Shown here one piece after another: positions 7,820 through 16,554 of a DNA stretch of 20,000 bases (position 1 is the first letter of the stretch; every line of letters begins with the position of its first letter). The stretch covers positions 57,720 to 77,719 of IMG/VR virus record IMGVR_UViG_3300008261_000059; one strand, written 5' to 3'. Both the position numbers and the translations under genes were made by a program. The notes beneath the pieces were generated by a model. It ran no database searches. It was not told the DNA's origin and was given only the letters and a program-made list of their open reading frames with translations. The stretch is from an uncultured virus (IMG/VR IMGVR_UViG_3300008261_000059). Its lineage: Duplodnaviria > Heunggongvirae > Uroviricota > Caudoviricetes.

Positions 7820-8241
7820 TATGGAATAATCCAATCATAACCATCAGGAGTTTCTACACTCTCATATCCATCATACTCATCAATACGATAAGGACCATCA
7901 ACTTCCTTAATAGCAAGGTTAGCATATTCAGCATTTGCCTTGTCTTTCAGTTCTAATACAACTTGAACCAAAGCAGGGTCGTGACGGACAACATTACCAT
8001 AATACCAAGATTGTGCCGAATATGCTTTATTATAAGCAGTTAGTTCATCTTTACTCATAGTAAGGATTTCTTTTGTGGTTTGTGGTTTCAGTCGTTCTTC
8101 AGGTGGAACTAACCAAACTTTAAATCCCCACTCACTATCTTCAATCCAAACTTGTTGTCCTTTGATGTCCCAGTATCGTTGGACTGCTTCTTTAGAAAGA
8201 CCAAACCCACCGTAGCAGGCATTATAAACAACTTTAGTCAT
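7819..8241 (-). CDS. conserved phage hypothetical protein (N.CYGGFGLS...RHDP..VQVV..L...IDEYDG.ES)
   Basis: 140 aa; recognisable widespread phage family of unknown function. Confidence 0.8.
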   Translation of the reverse strand: MTKVVYNACYGGFGLSKEAVQRYWDIKGQQVWIEDSEWGFKVWLVPPEERLKPQTTKEILTMSKDELTAYNKAYSAQSWYYGNVVRHDPALVQVVLELKDKANAEYANLAIKEVDGPYRIDEYDGYESVETPDGYDWIIP

Positions 8242-8264
8242 TAGGTGTCTGTGTGTATGAGAGT

Positions 8265-8322
8265 ATTATAAGGCAAAACCACCTCCTTGTGGGAAGTGGT
8301 GTGCCAGTTCTTCAAGTGTACA
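8265..8322 (-). promoter_or_regulatory. repeated putative early promoter, copy 6 (hairpin in spacer)
   Basis: TATAAT at 8265-8270; TGTGCCAGTTcttcAAGTGTAC from 8300. Confidence 0.85.
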
Positions 8323-8653
8323 CCTGAACCTCAAAGGTGTATGATTTTCTGAAATGTTCCATATTCATATGCATACTCACAACTTTTGCATCACCTTTTT
8401 GAACTTTACCAGCAACCTCCAAAAAAGCATCTTCTGTTGGTTCATAAGATGTGAATGTTCGTGAAGGATTTACTGCTGTAATACCAGTATTTGAAGTTGC
8501 TACTGATTGAGGAGGTGCATAAGGAAAATTAGTATTTTGTAGATACTTATTCAGAATATCACTCTGTTCTTGTGATAATTTTACAAGTTCTGCTTTTGGT
8601 TCTTCTTTCTTCCCGTAAAGTTCTTCATATTTTGCGATGAGAGGATTAGTCAT
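8312..8653 (-). CDS. hypothetical protein
   Basis: 113 aa ORF. Confidence 0.75.
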   Translation of the reverse strand: MTNPLIAKYEELYGKKEEPKAELVKLSQEQSDILNKYLQNTNFPYAPPQSVATSNTGITAVNPSRTFTSYEPTEDAFLEVAGKVQKGDAKVVSMHMNMEHFRKSYTFEVQVYT

Positions 8654-8804
8654 ATCTAATTTTCTTTGGATTGTTTTTTGTTCCGCATACAGGGCATTTT
8701 ACACCATCACGCACCAGTTGTCTATCACAAGAATTACACCAGAACAAACCATACTTTGCTTGTTTGGATTTTTCACGATTTCTTGGTTGGTAGTCCTCAT
8801 CCAT
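8646..8804 (-). CDS. small zinc-ribbon protein
   Basis: CNSC...CPVC motif pair; start refined to MDEDYQ. Confidence 0.7.
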   Translation of the reverse strand: MDEDYQPRNREKSKQAKYGLFWCNSCDRQLVRDGVKCPVCGTKNNPKKIRYD

Positions 8805-9447
8805 CTTTCCACCCAAAATCAAAGAAGATTTTAGCACACTTCCGCACCAACCAATTTGGTTTCACCTGTAACCAGATTTGAATGTTTGGTTTTACATCCC
8901 AATACCCAACACCCATAGAAGTAGATTTGATTACAAAGTTAGAAGTCACATAATTATTCACACCCAATCCAGTAGTAACATAGGTAAGTTTTTGTGGGAA
9001 ACTTCCGTGCTCCTTAGCATACTCAAAGTCCTGAATAATTCTATCAAACTTATTTTCGTAGTTTCTCTCCGCAGTTAGTTTAGAGGCATAAAAGTTTCTC
9101 TTCGTTTTCTCAATCAGTTTATCAATCTTCTCATCAAACTCTTGTGAGATTTCATCCAGAGTTTTAGGTTGCTCTGGAATATCCAAATATGGTTTGACTA
9201 TATCAAAATACTCAAACTCTTCTGTGAAATAAAAAGCACCAAAGAAATACGACCAAATGCGTTGAGGTGCTTTCGCAAGTTTCTCTGGATTGAGTTTATA
9301 CCCTGATGGTCCTATTTTTAGTGGTGGAGTTGTATAAGGATACGGCAGATTATCCCCAGAAGGTTTTACTGGTTGTCCTATGTTATTTTCCCAAGTATCA
9401 ACATCCCAAGGAGATGAGATATTCTTTTCAGGTTTCCAATCAGTCAT
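8797..9447 (-). CDS. hypothetical protein, 216 aa
   Basis: Long ORF, coupled at both ends. Confidence 0.8.
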   Translation of the reverse strand: MTDWKPEKNISSPWDVDTWENNIGQPVKPSGDNLPYPYTTPPLKIGPSGYKLNPEKLAKAPQRIWSYFFGAFYFTEEFEYFDIVKPYLDIPEQPKTLDEISQEFDEKIDKLIEKTKRNFYASKLTAERNYENKFDRIIQDFEYAKEHGSFPQKLTYVTTGLGVNNYVTSNFVIKSTSMGVGYWDVKPNIQIWLQVKPNWLVRKCAKIFFDFGWKDG

Positions 9448-9665
9448 TTCGTTCCAGGTGCGTATAAGTGTGGATAATTGTCTGGTTCTTTGTTTCGTAT
9501 TCCAGTATCAAAGAGTTTTTTCAGTTCATTATACACCAAAATCAAATCCCTATCAACAGACAAATGACCGACATCTTTTGCCCCCCGCAGAAATTCATAG
9601 AGTTCTTTTGCTTGTTGCTCTGTGAGTGTGAGTTTATACTGCTTTTCAATTTCAATCATTTTCAA
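9444..9665 (-). CDS. hypothetical protein
   Basis: About 70 aa ORF, coupled. Confidence 0.65.
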   Translation of the reverse strand: MKMIEIEKQYKLTLTEQQAKELYEFLRGAKDVGHLSVDRDLILVYNELKKLFDTGIRNKEPDNYPHLYAPGTK

Positions 9666-9866
9666 TCACTCCACATAATGATATACAGGTTCGTTGTATT
9701 TTCTCAGTAGTCGTATTGCTTCTTGTGCTTCTTGAAGAGTTTGGAATGTATCATCTGAGTAGGGATAATACTTTTTTTCAGTAAGATGATAATATTGAAT
9801 ATAAAAATAAGGTTTCAAAGTTTTCAAATTGAGGTCTTCTACAATTCGGTAATCATAAACTTTCAT
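9666..9866 (-). CDS. hypothetical protein
   Basis: 66 aa ORF, coupled. Confidence 0.7.
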   Translation of the reverse strand: MKVYDYRIVEDLNLKTLKPYFYIQYYHLTEKKYYPYSDDTFQTLQEAQEAIRLLRKYNEPVYHYVE

Positions 9867-10078
9867 TATTTCCGTGCCTCAAAAAGTTTTCCGTCCATCC
9901 CACATTCATAATACTTTCGCACATGATCACAATACTTACCATTATTTCTTCCAGTCACAACATTTTCAGTCACAAGAGGATGAAGGCATAAGTCAAATGT
10001 GTCTCCAAATCCAGTAATACGAGCACCCCAATCTCTTTTGTAATGCTTACAATCCTTACAGAGATTTATGTCGGTCAT
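9866..10078 (-). CDS. Cys-rich putative metal-binding protein
   Basis: CKDCKHY...CLHP...CDHVR...CGMDGKLFE. Confidence 0.7.
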   Translation of the reverse strand: MTDINLCKDCKHYKRDWGARITGFGDTFDLCLHPLVTENVVTGRNNGKYCDHVRKYYECGMDGKLFEARK

Positions 10079-10398
10079 CAGGCAACACTCCAATAACCAT
10101 CAGAATTAAATTCAATACTTTCAGAACCATCGTAATCTGTAATAAGGAATTGAGTTCCAGGATAAACCCACTCTACTCGTAGTTGGTCGGCACCTCCACA
10201 ATAGACATATTCACCAGGAAAAACTGATTTCACATACTCTTCAATTTTGTCTTGTTGGTTGAATTCTACAAGGTCAACAAGTTTCTCATCGTGAAGAAGA
10301 AACTCACGATACTTATCACCATTCCAAGTGCTCCATCCTGCTCCATAACCAGGAGAGTACAGAACAGCAACTTTTCCGTCACGAATACATTTAGTCAT
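10078..10398 (-). CDS. conserved phage hypothetical protein (KVAVLYSPGYGAGWSTWN...DYDGSESI)
   Basis: 106 aa; recognisable widespread phage family, possibly distantly related to 7819-8241. Confidence 0.8.
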   Translation of the reverse strand: MTKCIRDGKVAVLYSPGYGAGWSTWNGDKYREFLLHDEKLVDLVEFNQQDKIEEYVKSVFPGEYVYCGGADQLRVEWVYPGTQFLITDYDGSESIEFNSDGYWSVA

Positions 10399-10619
10399 TT
10401 CTGATAATCCTCAAAATTAGGAACAGAACCGCATACTTTCTCTATCTCGTAGATAGACCTTTTGCTATCACTGCGACAATCCATATTCTTTGCGTATGCT
10501 TGTTGATACATCACACGAACTTGTTGTGCATCCCAGTAATTCATACCAATAACACCTCCAAAGAGACTCAAAATACCAATAACCAATACACTAAAAACAA
10601 TTGCGTCTTTGTTATCCAT
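10395..10619 (-). CDS. membrane-anchored hypothetical protein
   Basis: Start refined to MDNKDAIV; one TM helix. Confidence 0.65.
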   Translation of the reverse strand: MDNKDAIVFSVLVIGILSLFGGVIGMNYWDAQQVRVMYQQAYAKNMDCRSDSKRSIYEIEKVCGSVPNFEDYQK

Positions 10620-10882
10620 CAGTCCTCCACAATCAAGCAATAACGGCACTGGAAAATAAAGTTTTCTTTTTGCCAAGTTTTCTTCACACCATTCTCCTCC
10701 CAAGAATACACAACTTCAATCCAAGGGTCTGTGTCTCCATAAGAATTGAGACCTTCAACGGTCACATAACCTTTGGAACCATCTGCTCGTGCCCAACGAG
10801 AACCAACTTGGATTTCGTGTGCCTTGAAGATGTGACGGACAACTGCTCTGCGTCCATCTATGATTTCAGTTTCGTAGTCCAT
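10619..10882 (-). CDS. hypothetical protein
   Basis: 87 aa; first ORF after promoter copy 7. Confidence 0.75.
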   Translation of the reverse strand: MDYETEIIDGRRAVVRHIFKAHEIQVGSRWARADGSKGYVTVEGLNSYGDTDPWIEVVYSWEENGVKKTWQKENFIFQCRYCLIVED

Positions 10883-10904
10883 CGGTTTGGTTGCTTATGA
10901 GGTT

Positions 10905-10962
10905 ATTATAGACCAATAGGAGACCTTGTGGAGGTCTCCTGTGCCAGTTCTTCAAGTGTCCT
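10905..10962 (-). promoter_or_regulatory. repeated putative early promoter, copy 7 (perfect hairpin in spacer)
   Basis: TATAAT at 10905-10910; AGGAGACCT-tgtgg-AGGTCTCCT; TGTGCCAGTTcttcAAGTGTCCT from 10940. Confidence 0.85.
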
Positions 10963-11147
10963 CAAATGTCATACGGCATTTGAGGGTCTTTAGTCCATAG
11001 TTTAGAATACACTAACCACTTCTCTTGTTTGTCATCCATTTCAGCAGTCCAGTGATACCCATTCACATCAATAGCATCAAGGTAATGAATACCTTTGCGG
11101 TCATCAATAGTTCGGGTGATAGTTACAAACTTTACTTTTTCAACCAT
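10962..11147 (-). CDS. hypothetical protein
   Basis: Start refined to MVEKVKF. Confidence 0.7.
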   Translation of the reverse strand: MVEKVKFVTITRTIDDRKGIHYLDAIDVNGYHWTAEMDDKQEKWLVYSKLWTKDPQMPYDI

Positions 11148-11227
11148 AATTAAGATTTCCTGTTGCGAACATAATGAAAATAATGATAAAGAAAATTCCA
11201 AGTCCTACTGGAAGTGAATAATCTGGG

Positions 11228-11521
11228 TCAGTCATCACTCACAACTTCAAATGTAGGATTTCCATTAGTATCAAACTCAACAGCAAGATTTACTGTATAA
11301 CCACCAGAAATCTTCCAAGTAGCATCTTTATATTCTTGTGTTTCTTTCTCTGGATACTTTGCTTGATAATAACCATCTACAAGTTCATTAGCATCAACAT
11401 CTCCAAGAAAGTGAAGATTGATAAACTTTCGCAATCTCACCTCATCATCTGTGGAAAGATGAATGGTTACAGGAACAACAAACTTGTTCTCTGGTCCAAA
11501 TAGTTCATCAAGGTCAGTCAT
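11228..11521 (-). CDS. hypothetical protein
   Basis: 97 aa ORF, coupled. Confidence 0.7.
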   Translation of the reverse strand: MTDLDELFGPENKFVVPVTIHLSTDDEVRLRKFINLHFLGDVDANELVDGYYQAKYPEKETQEYKDATWKISGGYTVNLAVEFDTNGNPTFEVVSDD

Positions 11522-11709
11522 AGTGCTTCTACCTCATTGGCAAGTTCATACAATACATCAACAGGATTTTGAAGTTCTCCCCAATCAGTGCAAAGTCGTG
11601 CTGCTGCTTCGTTTAGGATAAAAGCAATCAGTTTCTTGCGGTCATCCTTCTGTGGTCGCAGTGTGAGTTCCATAGAAGCATCTAGGAGTTTTTGTGCTCT
11701 TTTAGTCAT
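11518..11709 (-). CDS. hypothetical protein (RAQ paralog family)
   Basis: 63 aa ORF. Confidence 0.7.
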   Translation of the reverse strand: MTKRAQKLLDASMELTLRPQKDDRKKLIAFILNEAAARLCTDWGELQNPVDVLYELANEVEAL

Positions 11710-11953
11710 CGTTTACATCCCAGTCCCACCAGTCAATAAAAACATCTTCAAATCGTTGAATATCAGTATTATCCATAGGAGAACCATTACCTCCTACCTC
11801 ATAAAAGATAGAATCAAATAATTCAGTAAGCATCATACTTTCAAATGCTTCTTGTGTTGGTTCCACATCCGAGTTCAAGAACATATCAGTTGTGGGAGCA
11901 ACTGTAATAGTTTTGCTATAGGTAATTGTGATTGCTTTGAGTGGGACGTTCAT
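11702..11953 (-). CDS. acidic hypothetical protein
   Basis: 83 aa ORF, coupled. Confidence 0.7.
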   Translation of the reverse strand: MNVPLKAITITYSKTITVAPTTDMFLNSDVEPTQEAFESMMLTELFDSIFYEVGGNGSPMDNTDIQRFEDVFIDWWDWDVNDD

Positions 11954-12213
11954 TTGTTTTTCCGATACCAGTCAAGATTGCGTGGAAGTGAAGTCATTAG
12001 GTCAAAATCAAATTGAAATCGTTTGTATCGGATGAAGAATCCAAACAACTGACGAGTGCCAATAGTCAACAAAATTTCTGGGATAATTTCATCTGCTCCA
12101 TAGTCATCCCACTGCACTGTAATATCAAGCAGAGCAAACTTGGAAGATTTGAGAACTTGAAAGAACCATTCCTTTCCATAGTCCTCGTAAGTTTCATAAT
12201 CAAAGAGTTTCAT
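11950..12213 (-). CDS. hypothetical beta-rich protein (MKL.D...DYG.E family)
   Basis: Similar to 13470-13712. Confidence 0.7.
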   Translation of the reverse strand: MKLFDYETYEDYGKEWFFQVLKSSKFALLDITVQWDDYGADEIIPEILLTIGTRQLFGFFIRYKRFQFDFDLMTSLPRNLDWYRKNK

Positions 12214-12652
12214 CAATCCTCTCCATTTTAGCAAGTGGTTGGTCTCCCCATTTCATAGGGTCATCATAGCATACTTGCATCATCTCGGGCCATTTGCGTG
12301 GAGAATCTTCACTCTCAATCAAACCATTCTCCACTGCCTGCTCCCAAGCAAGTTTATGCCGAATAACCTGATGAATGTCATAAAGAACTCCATTGTTCTT
12401 TGGAAGGTCTGGATGCCCAACACCCAATGAACTTCCATACCCATCAATTCCATCAATCATATGGTGAGCAAGAATCTTGCCGATGGTGCGTCTATCTGCG
12501 TGAAGTTGCTCGTAATCGGTTGGTCTTTTGAGAGGCAACCAATCCACAATTTCTTCCCACTGTCCCAACTCAACTCTTTGAAGTAAATCACAAGCAAAAG
12601 AAATTGCCAATGCTTGTTCTTTTGTAATTGTGAGATTATAAACTTTAGTCAT
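12200..12652 (-). CDS. hypothetical protein, 150 aa
   Basis: Long ORF after promoter copy 8. Confidence 0.8.
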   Translation of the reverse strand: MTKVYNLTITKEQALAISFACDLLQRVELGQWEEIVDWLPLKRPTDYEQLHADRRTIGKILAHHMIDGIDGYGSSLGVGHPDLPKNNGVLYDIHQVIRHKLAWEQAVENGLIESEDSPRKWPEMMQVCYDDPMKWGDQPLAKMERIDETL

Positions 12653-12803
12653 CTCTAAGTCTCACTCGGGGTTGAATGTCGTTGAACTCATCATACAGCA
12701 TCCTGGCAAAGAGCAGGTGGGGTCTTGTGCCAGTTTCCAAACTGGTGCTCGTTGCGACCGTCCACATTATATCAAGTTCAATTTTCGGTGGTAGTGGTTT
12801 CAT
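12645..12803 (-). CDS. hypothetical protein (52 aa, MKPLPPKIELDIMWTVATSTSLETGTRPH...)
   Basis: Manually translated; coupled at both ends; reads through promoter copy 8. Confidence 0.55.
   Translation of the reverse strand: MKPLPPKIELDIMWTVATSTSLETGTRPHLLFARMLYDEFNDIQPRVRLRDD
12690..12748 (-). promoter_or_regulatory. repeated putative early promoter, copy 8 (intragenic)
   Basis: TATGAT at 12690-12695; TGTGCCAGTTtccaAACTGGTGC from 12726 (spacer 30 nt). Confidence 0.65.
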
Positions 12804-12964
12804 TTGTATTCCTGCTTAGGACAAGATGTATAAAATACTCCTTCAATATAACAAGACTTTCCTGGTTCATAGTATTGCATTTTAGGTGGTTCATAGTTTC
12901 TTTCACACACAAACCAACCATCTAAACACATCATCAATATGCCATTAATTATAGTTAAATTCAT
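12800..12964 (-). CDS. small Cys-containing protein (54 aa, MNLTIINGILMMCLDGWFVC...)
   Basis: Manually translated; coupled. Confidence 0.55.
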   Translation of the reverse strand: MNLTIINGILMMCLDGWFVCERNYEPPKMQYYEPGKSCYIEGVFYTSCPKQEYK

Positions 12965-13191
12965 TACTCAGCATACCCAGAATAATTACTAGCACTATTT
13001 GCCGATGAACTTTTCATATCCCAAACGTCTTTGCTTAAAGATTGAACTGCAGACATCACATTACTATCAATAGAACTTACCTTATATTGAAGTTCTATCA
13101 TTTGACGGTAAAGATTCAAACACATAAACATATTCAATAGAATACTACCACCAAGAGTATATTTGATAATGTTTTTTTGCTTTTCAGTCAT
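12964..13191 (-). CDS. membrane-anchored hypothetical protein
   Basis: 75 aa with an N-terminal TM helix. Confidence 0.65.
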   Translation of the reverse strand: MTEKQKNIIKYTLGGSILLNMFMCLNLYRQMIELQYKVSSIDSNVMSAVQSLSKDVWDMKSSSANSASNYSGYAE

Positions 13192-13278
13192 TGTCTTTAA
13201 GTGAGTAAATAAAAATCCATAACCAGATGTACATTACAACAAATATAATGATTCCTACGTCTATGGGAGAAAATGTCA

Positions 13279-13470
13279 TTAGGTTAAATGCTTAGGTTTA
13301 TCTGAATCAAACTGACACCACTTTGCACCTTTCATATTCAAGCACATTAAAAGTGTTTGATGCTCTCCATCATATCTTTGCCAGTCTTGTGCAAGTTTGG
13401 CAGCATATCGTCTTTGATATGCACAGCACCAAACATTATAGTATATTTTTGCCTTTTCTGAAAGTTTCAT
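13279..13470 (-). CDS. hypothetical protein
   Basis: 63 aa ORF, coupled. Confidence 0.7.
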   Translation of the reverse strand: MKLSEKAKIYYNVWCCAYQRRYAAKLAQDWQRYDGEHQTLLMCLNMKGAKWCQFDSDKPKHLT

Positions 13471-13712
13471 CAGTCGTCATACTTAGAGGGCCAATTATAT
13501 CCAGCAACATCAAAATCTAGACCAAACTTGTATACCCAGAGAATAACAGAAAGAAGTCGTCCACATCCAGAAGAAACTTGAATATAAGGCCAACCAGCAT
13601 AGTCATTCCAATTCAAAGAGACTTGAAGAAATGACCGATTCTTTCCTTTCAGAAAACAAAAATAATATTCGTGTCCAAAGTCTTGGATATATTTAAAGTC
13701 TAGAAGTTTCAT
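13470..13712 (-). CDS. hypothetical beta-rich protein (MKL.D...DFG.E family)
   Basis: 80 aa; similar to 11950-12213. Confidence 0.7.
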   Translation of the reverse strand: MKLLDFKYIQDFGHEYYFCFLKGKNRSFLQVSLNWNDYAGWPYIQVSSGCGRLLSVILWVYKFGLDFDVAGYNWPSKYDD

Positions 13713-13951
13713 TTCTTCTCTTCAGGTTTGGGTTGTGGTTGAGTCTGAGGTTTTGGTGGAGCATAAGGAACTCTACCAGTTTCATTATACATCAAAATAT
13801 CGTATTTGAACTTACACTCATGTGGTTTTTGATTGCACAATTTGAGTGTATTGTTTGTCGTACTTTCTGTACTAACAACTCCACCGATACTAAATCCAAT
13901 CATTCCCATAATTATAAGAAGTGGATAAGCAACAAGAGGTTTAATAAACAT
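13709..13951 (-). CDS. membrane-anchored protein with a Cys pair
   Basis: Start refined to MFIKPL; TM helix, then LCNQKPHECKFKY. Confidence 0.65.
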   Translation of the reverse strand: MFIKPLVAYPLLIIMGMIGFSIGGVVSTESTTNNTLKLCNQKPHECKFKYDILMYNETGRVPYAPPKPQTQPQPKPEEKK

Positions 13952-13956
13952 AATAA

Positions 13957-14340
13957 TCAATCCCAAGAAACATTTTGAAGTAAGAACCCAGGCATCACAT
14001 AAGTCCATGCACCAGATTCTTGATTACCACCAACTTTATATTCCCACTTATACTCATATTTGTTATGACTATCCCATGTCATATATCCTTTCTCTTTATC
14101 AAATCGACCTTTAATGGTCAACCCAAACTTATTGGAAAAGATGTTGCGGGTGCGAAGAGCACCACCAGTTTCACGAGTTTCTACAACTTTACAGGTATCA
14201 GGATAAGTCTGAAGTCCTGCCTCCAAAACACATGGAGTTTCATATACAAAAGGACGATACACCTTCGGTTTAGGTGGTACTGTCTGTGCAAATGTTGGCA
14301 CAGACATAAAAACTACAAGAAGAGCAAAAAAATGTTTCAT
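13957..14340 (-). CDS. putative exported protein
   Basis: Signal-peptide-like MKHFFALLVVFMSVPTFA-Q. Confidence 0.7.
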   Translation of the reverse strand: MKHFFALLVVFMSVPTFAQTVPPKPKVYRPFVYETPCVLEAGLQTYPDTCKVVETRETGGALRTRNIFSNKFGLTIKGRFDKEKGYMTWDSHNKYEYKWEYKVGGNQESGAWTYVMPGFLLQNVSWD

Positions 14341-14537
14341 TTAATAATTTTCCAGTTACTATCTTCAGTTTTGTTTACTGTAAACTTATACTTACCGTTT
14401 ACAGAGGTCAAAAATAGCACATTTTCTCTTTCAATGTCAACATAACAACTGTGCAAGTTGTCCATTTCGGTATTAAACCTCAGTTGAGCAATACTAGAAG
14501 TTGGTTGAACACAAACAAATTTTCTTTTAGTTGTCAT
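14337..14537 (-). CDS. hypothetical cyanophage protein
   Basis: 66 aa ORF, coupled. Confidence 0.7.
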   Translation of the reverse strand: MTTKRKFVCVQPTSSIAQLRFNTEMDNLHSCYVDIERENVLFLTSVNGKYKFTVNKTEDSNWKIIK

Positions 14538-14548
14538 GATTTAATTAC

Positions 14549-15247
14549 TTAGAAATTGTAGTTTTGGCACCTAATACAAGGTGGGGGATAATTACTCTTT
14601 AAGTGAGTAACAAAAAAAACTTGAGTCAATCTAAAATCTTCATTTTTCATCAAAAAACCAGAATGTCTATGCCAATAGGAACCACTATACATAATCATTC
14701 TGTTGTAGACATTCTTAAATTCTACAGTCTTATGAAATTTTAAATTGTGCTTTGATTTGATTTTAGCATATTCATCTGGAGGCAATCCTTTTTTGTTATA
14801 AAAATTATTTCTTACACTCCAGTCAATTTCATTTTCATCAATATCATCTGCTTCATATATCGAAGTTCCAGAATCTAAACTTGGATTTGGATTTAAATAG
14901 ATAACTCCTGCAAAAATTGTATTATCGTCAACATGTGTCCATCCAGAGTTTACTTCATTTGAATCTTCAATTGAAGATTCAAATGGATAAATTTTTTGAA
15001 AATAAGATTGAACTTTCCAATCCAAATAATTTGAATTAAAATCAAAAAACAAAGAAAAGACCTTATTGCATAAAACATCAAAAAGATGGGGTGATATTTT
15101 ATGAACTAGTTGACTTCTTTCTCCTGGATAATTTCCATCCTCTTTCTTTGAATAGTCTAAAGATAAAGCAAAGTCTCTAATTTTATCTGGGTCAGAGTAA
15201 AAATCATCAACACATGTTATTGGAAATAAATTTTTACTCGTAATCAT
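14549..15247 (-). CDS. DUF6445-type 2OG-Fe(II) oxygenase-like protein
   Basis: DDFYSDPD.IR.FAL, YPG.RS, H.D (THVD), AGVIYLNP, GT..Y, NVYNR..Y...H, RLTQVFF motifs. Confidence 0.75.
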   Translation of the reverse strand: MITSKNLFPITCVDDFYSDPDKIRDFALSLDYSKKEDGNYPGERSQLVHKISPHLFDVLCNKVFSLFFDFNSNYLDWKVQSYFQKIYPFESSIEDSNEVNSGWTHVDDNTIFAGVIYLNPNPSLDSGTSIYEADDIDENEIDWSVRNNFYNKKGLPPDEYAKIKSKHNLKFHKTVEFKNVYNRMIMYSGSYWHRHSGFLMKNEDFRLTQVFFVTHLKSNYPPPCIRCQNYNF

Positions 15248-15416
15248 CTTGTTCGTATGGTTCTTCTAATAGATAAAATTTTTCTTCTTTATTATAGACT
15301 AAAATGTTACTTTGATTTTTAGGAGTGTACCAATCTTTAATCTGACTGTAATAAAAGTCAATCACTTGGTTGTGAGTTAATTCTTTTGCCCAATTTTCAG
15401 ACATCATCAACATCAC
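15234..15416 (-). CDS. hypothetical protein
   Basis: About 57-60 aa ORF filling the gap between two genes. Confidence 0.55.
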   Translation of the reverse strand: MMLMMSENWAKELTHNQVIDFYYSQIKDWYTPKNQSNILVYNKEEKFYLLEEPYEQDDYE

Positions 15417-15820
15417 TTATTCATTTGAAGTGTAGGAACAGGCATACCACCTTCAGTTGGAACATAAATGGTCACATTACCATTCTTGGCACCATCTTCG
15501 ATACCAGTGATATACAGATACTGAAGATACTCACGGTTGTCCTTCAGTGAATCACCGATGATTTGGTTTGCCTTAGCAACACCAGTAGCACGGATGATTT
15601 CAGCATCGGCAAGTTGTTGAGCACTATCTTTCTTTGCTTGTGCTTCCAGAACTGCTACCTGACGAGTATACTCTGCTTTCTGAAGTTCTGCTTTACCAGC
15701 AAGAGATTGTTGCCACACATTATATTGTGGACCACCAATAAAGATGAGACCACCAATTACAATCACACCAACAGAAATAGCAACGATAGCAGGGTCAATA
15801 AATCCGTTTTGTTGTTTCAT
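15413..15820 (-). CDS. SPFH/band-7-like membrane protein
   Basis: N-terminal TM helix; AxA-rich coil AEIIRATGVAKANQIIGDSL..YLQYL..; TIYVPTE tail. Confidence 0.7.
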   Translation of the reverse strand: MKQQNGFIDPAIVAISVGVIVIGGLIFIGGPQYNVWQQSLAGKAELQKAEYTRQVAVLEAQAKKDSAQQLADAEIIRATGVAKANQIIGDSLKDNREYLQYLYITGIEDGAKNGNVTIYVPTEGGMPVPTLQMNK

Positions 15821-15935
15821 TTGTCATTCTCCAGAGTAGATTCAAGAAGTTCGTCCATAATACGACGAGCACGATAATTTAAGATAATATCCATTACACA
15901 ATAACCAAAAGCAAATCCTGCCATAAGTGTAGTAA

Positions 15936-16127
15936 TCATTTCGAAGAACCTCCAGTGGGTTTGAAAATAAGATTAGCAAGAAATACGATAGCAAGATTTT
16001 GCCAGATGGTCAATGAAACATTAAACCAAGACAAAATCAATCCAAGCAGTGCTGCTTCAAAAAATAGAGCAGCAACAGCAAGAACAATTACACCAAAGGT
16101 GAGACCAAGAGCAGTAGAAGTTTTCAT
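15936..16127 (-). CDS. small two-TM membrane protein
   Basis: 63 aa, almost entirely hydrophobic. Confidence 0.7.
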   Translation of the reverse strand: MKTSTALGLTFGVIVLAVAALFFEAALLGLILSWFNVSLTIWQNLAIVFLANLIFKPTGGSSK

Positions 16128-16130
16128 AAA

Positions 16131-16541
16131 TCAGACGTGAAGAGCAGTAGAGGGGATTTCAATAATTTCTGGAAGTTTTTGTTCATAACAATTCATAGTA
16201 TAGCACACCCACTCACCATTGCGATTGAAGAGGTATGCGTATTCCTCACCATCAGACAAATACTCTGTCAGAGTCTCATCGTGCCGTGGAGGACAATCTT
16301 GACCACGTTGAGAGTAGTATTGAGGACCATATTCTTGTGCTTTAGTCTCACTATTCCAACGGTCTTCAGTCCAGCAGGAACTCATGTCACCACCATCAAT
16401 CAACTCAGCAACTTTCTCCCGAGTGTTGTAGTGAGTGTTGAGAATGCGACCCAACCATTCGGGATAACCATCCCAGTGGTGATACACAGAAAGCACAGAA
16501 CCGTTCTTGAGTTCGATGCCGATACGTGAACGAGTAGACAT
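16131..16541 (-). CDS. conserved phage hypothetical protein (MSTRSRIG...VY.HWDGYP..LG..L..HY...EYAYLF)
   Basis: Recognisable widespread motif family of unknown function. Confidence 0.85.
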   Translation of the reverse strand: MSTRSRIGIELKNGSVLSVYHHWDGYPEWLGRILNTHYNTREKVAELIDGGDMSSCWTEDRWNSETKAQEYGPQYYSQRGQDCPPRHDETLTEYLSDGEEYAYLFNRNGEWVCYTMNCYEQKLPEIIEIPSTALHV

Positions 16542-16554
16542 AATAAATTAAAAA

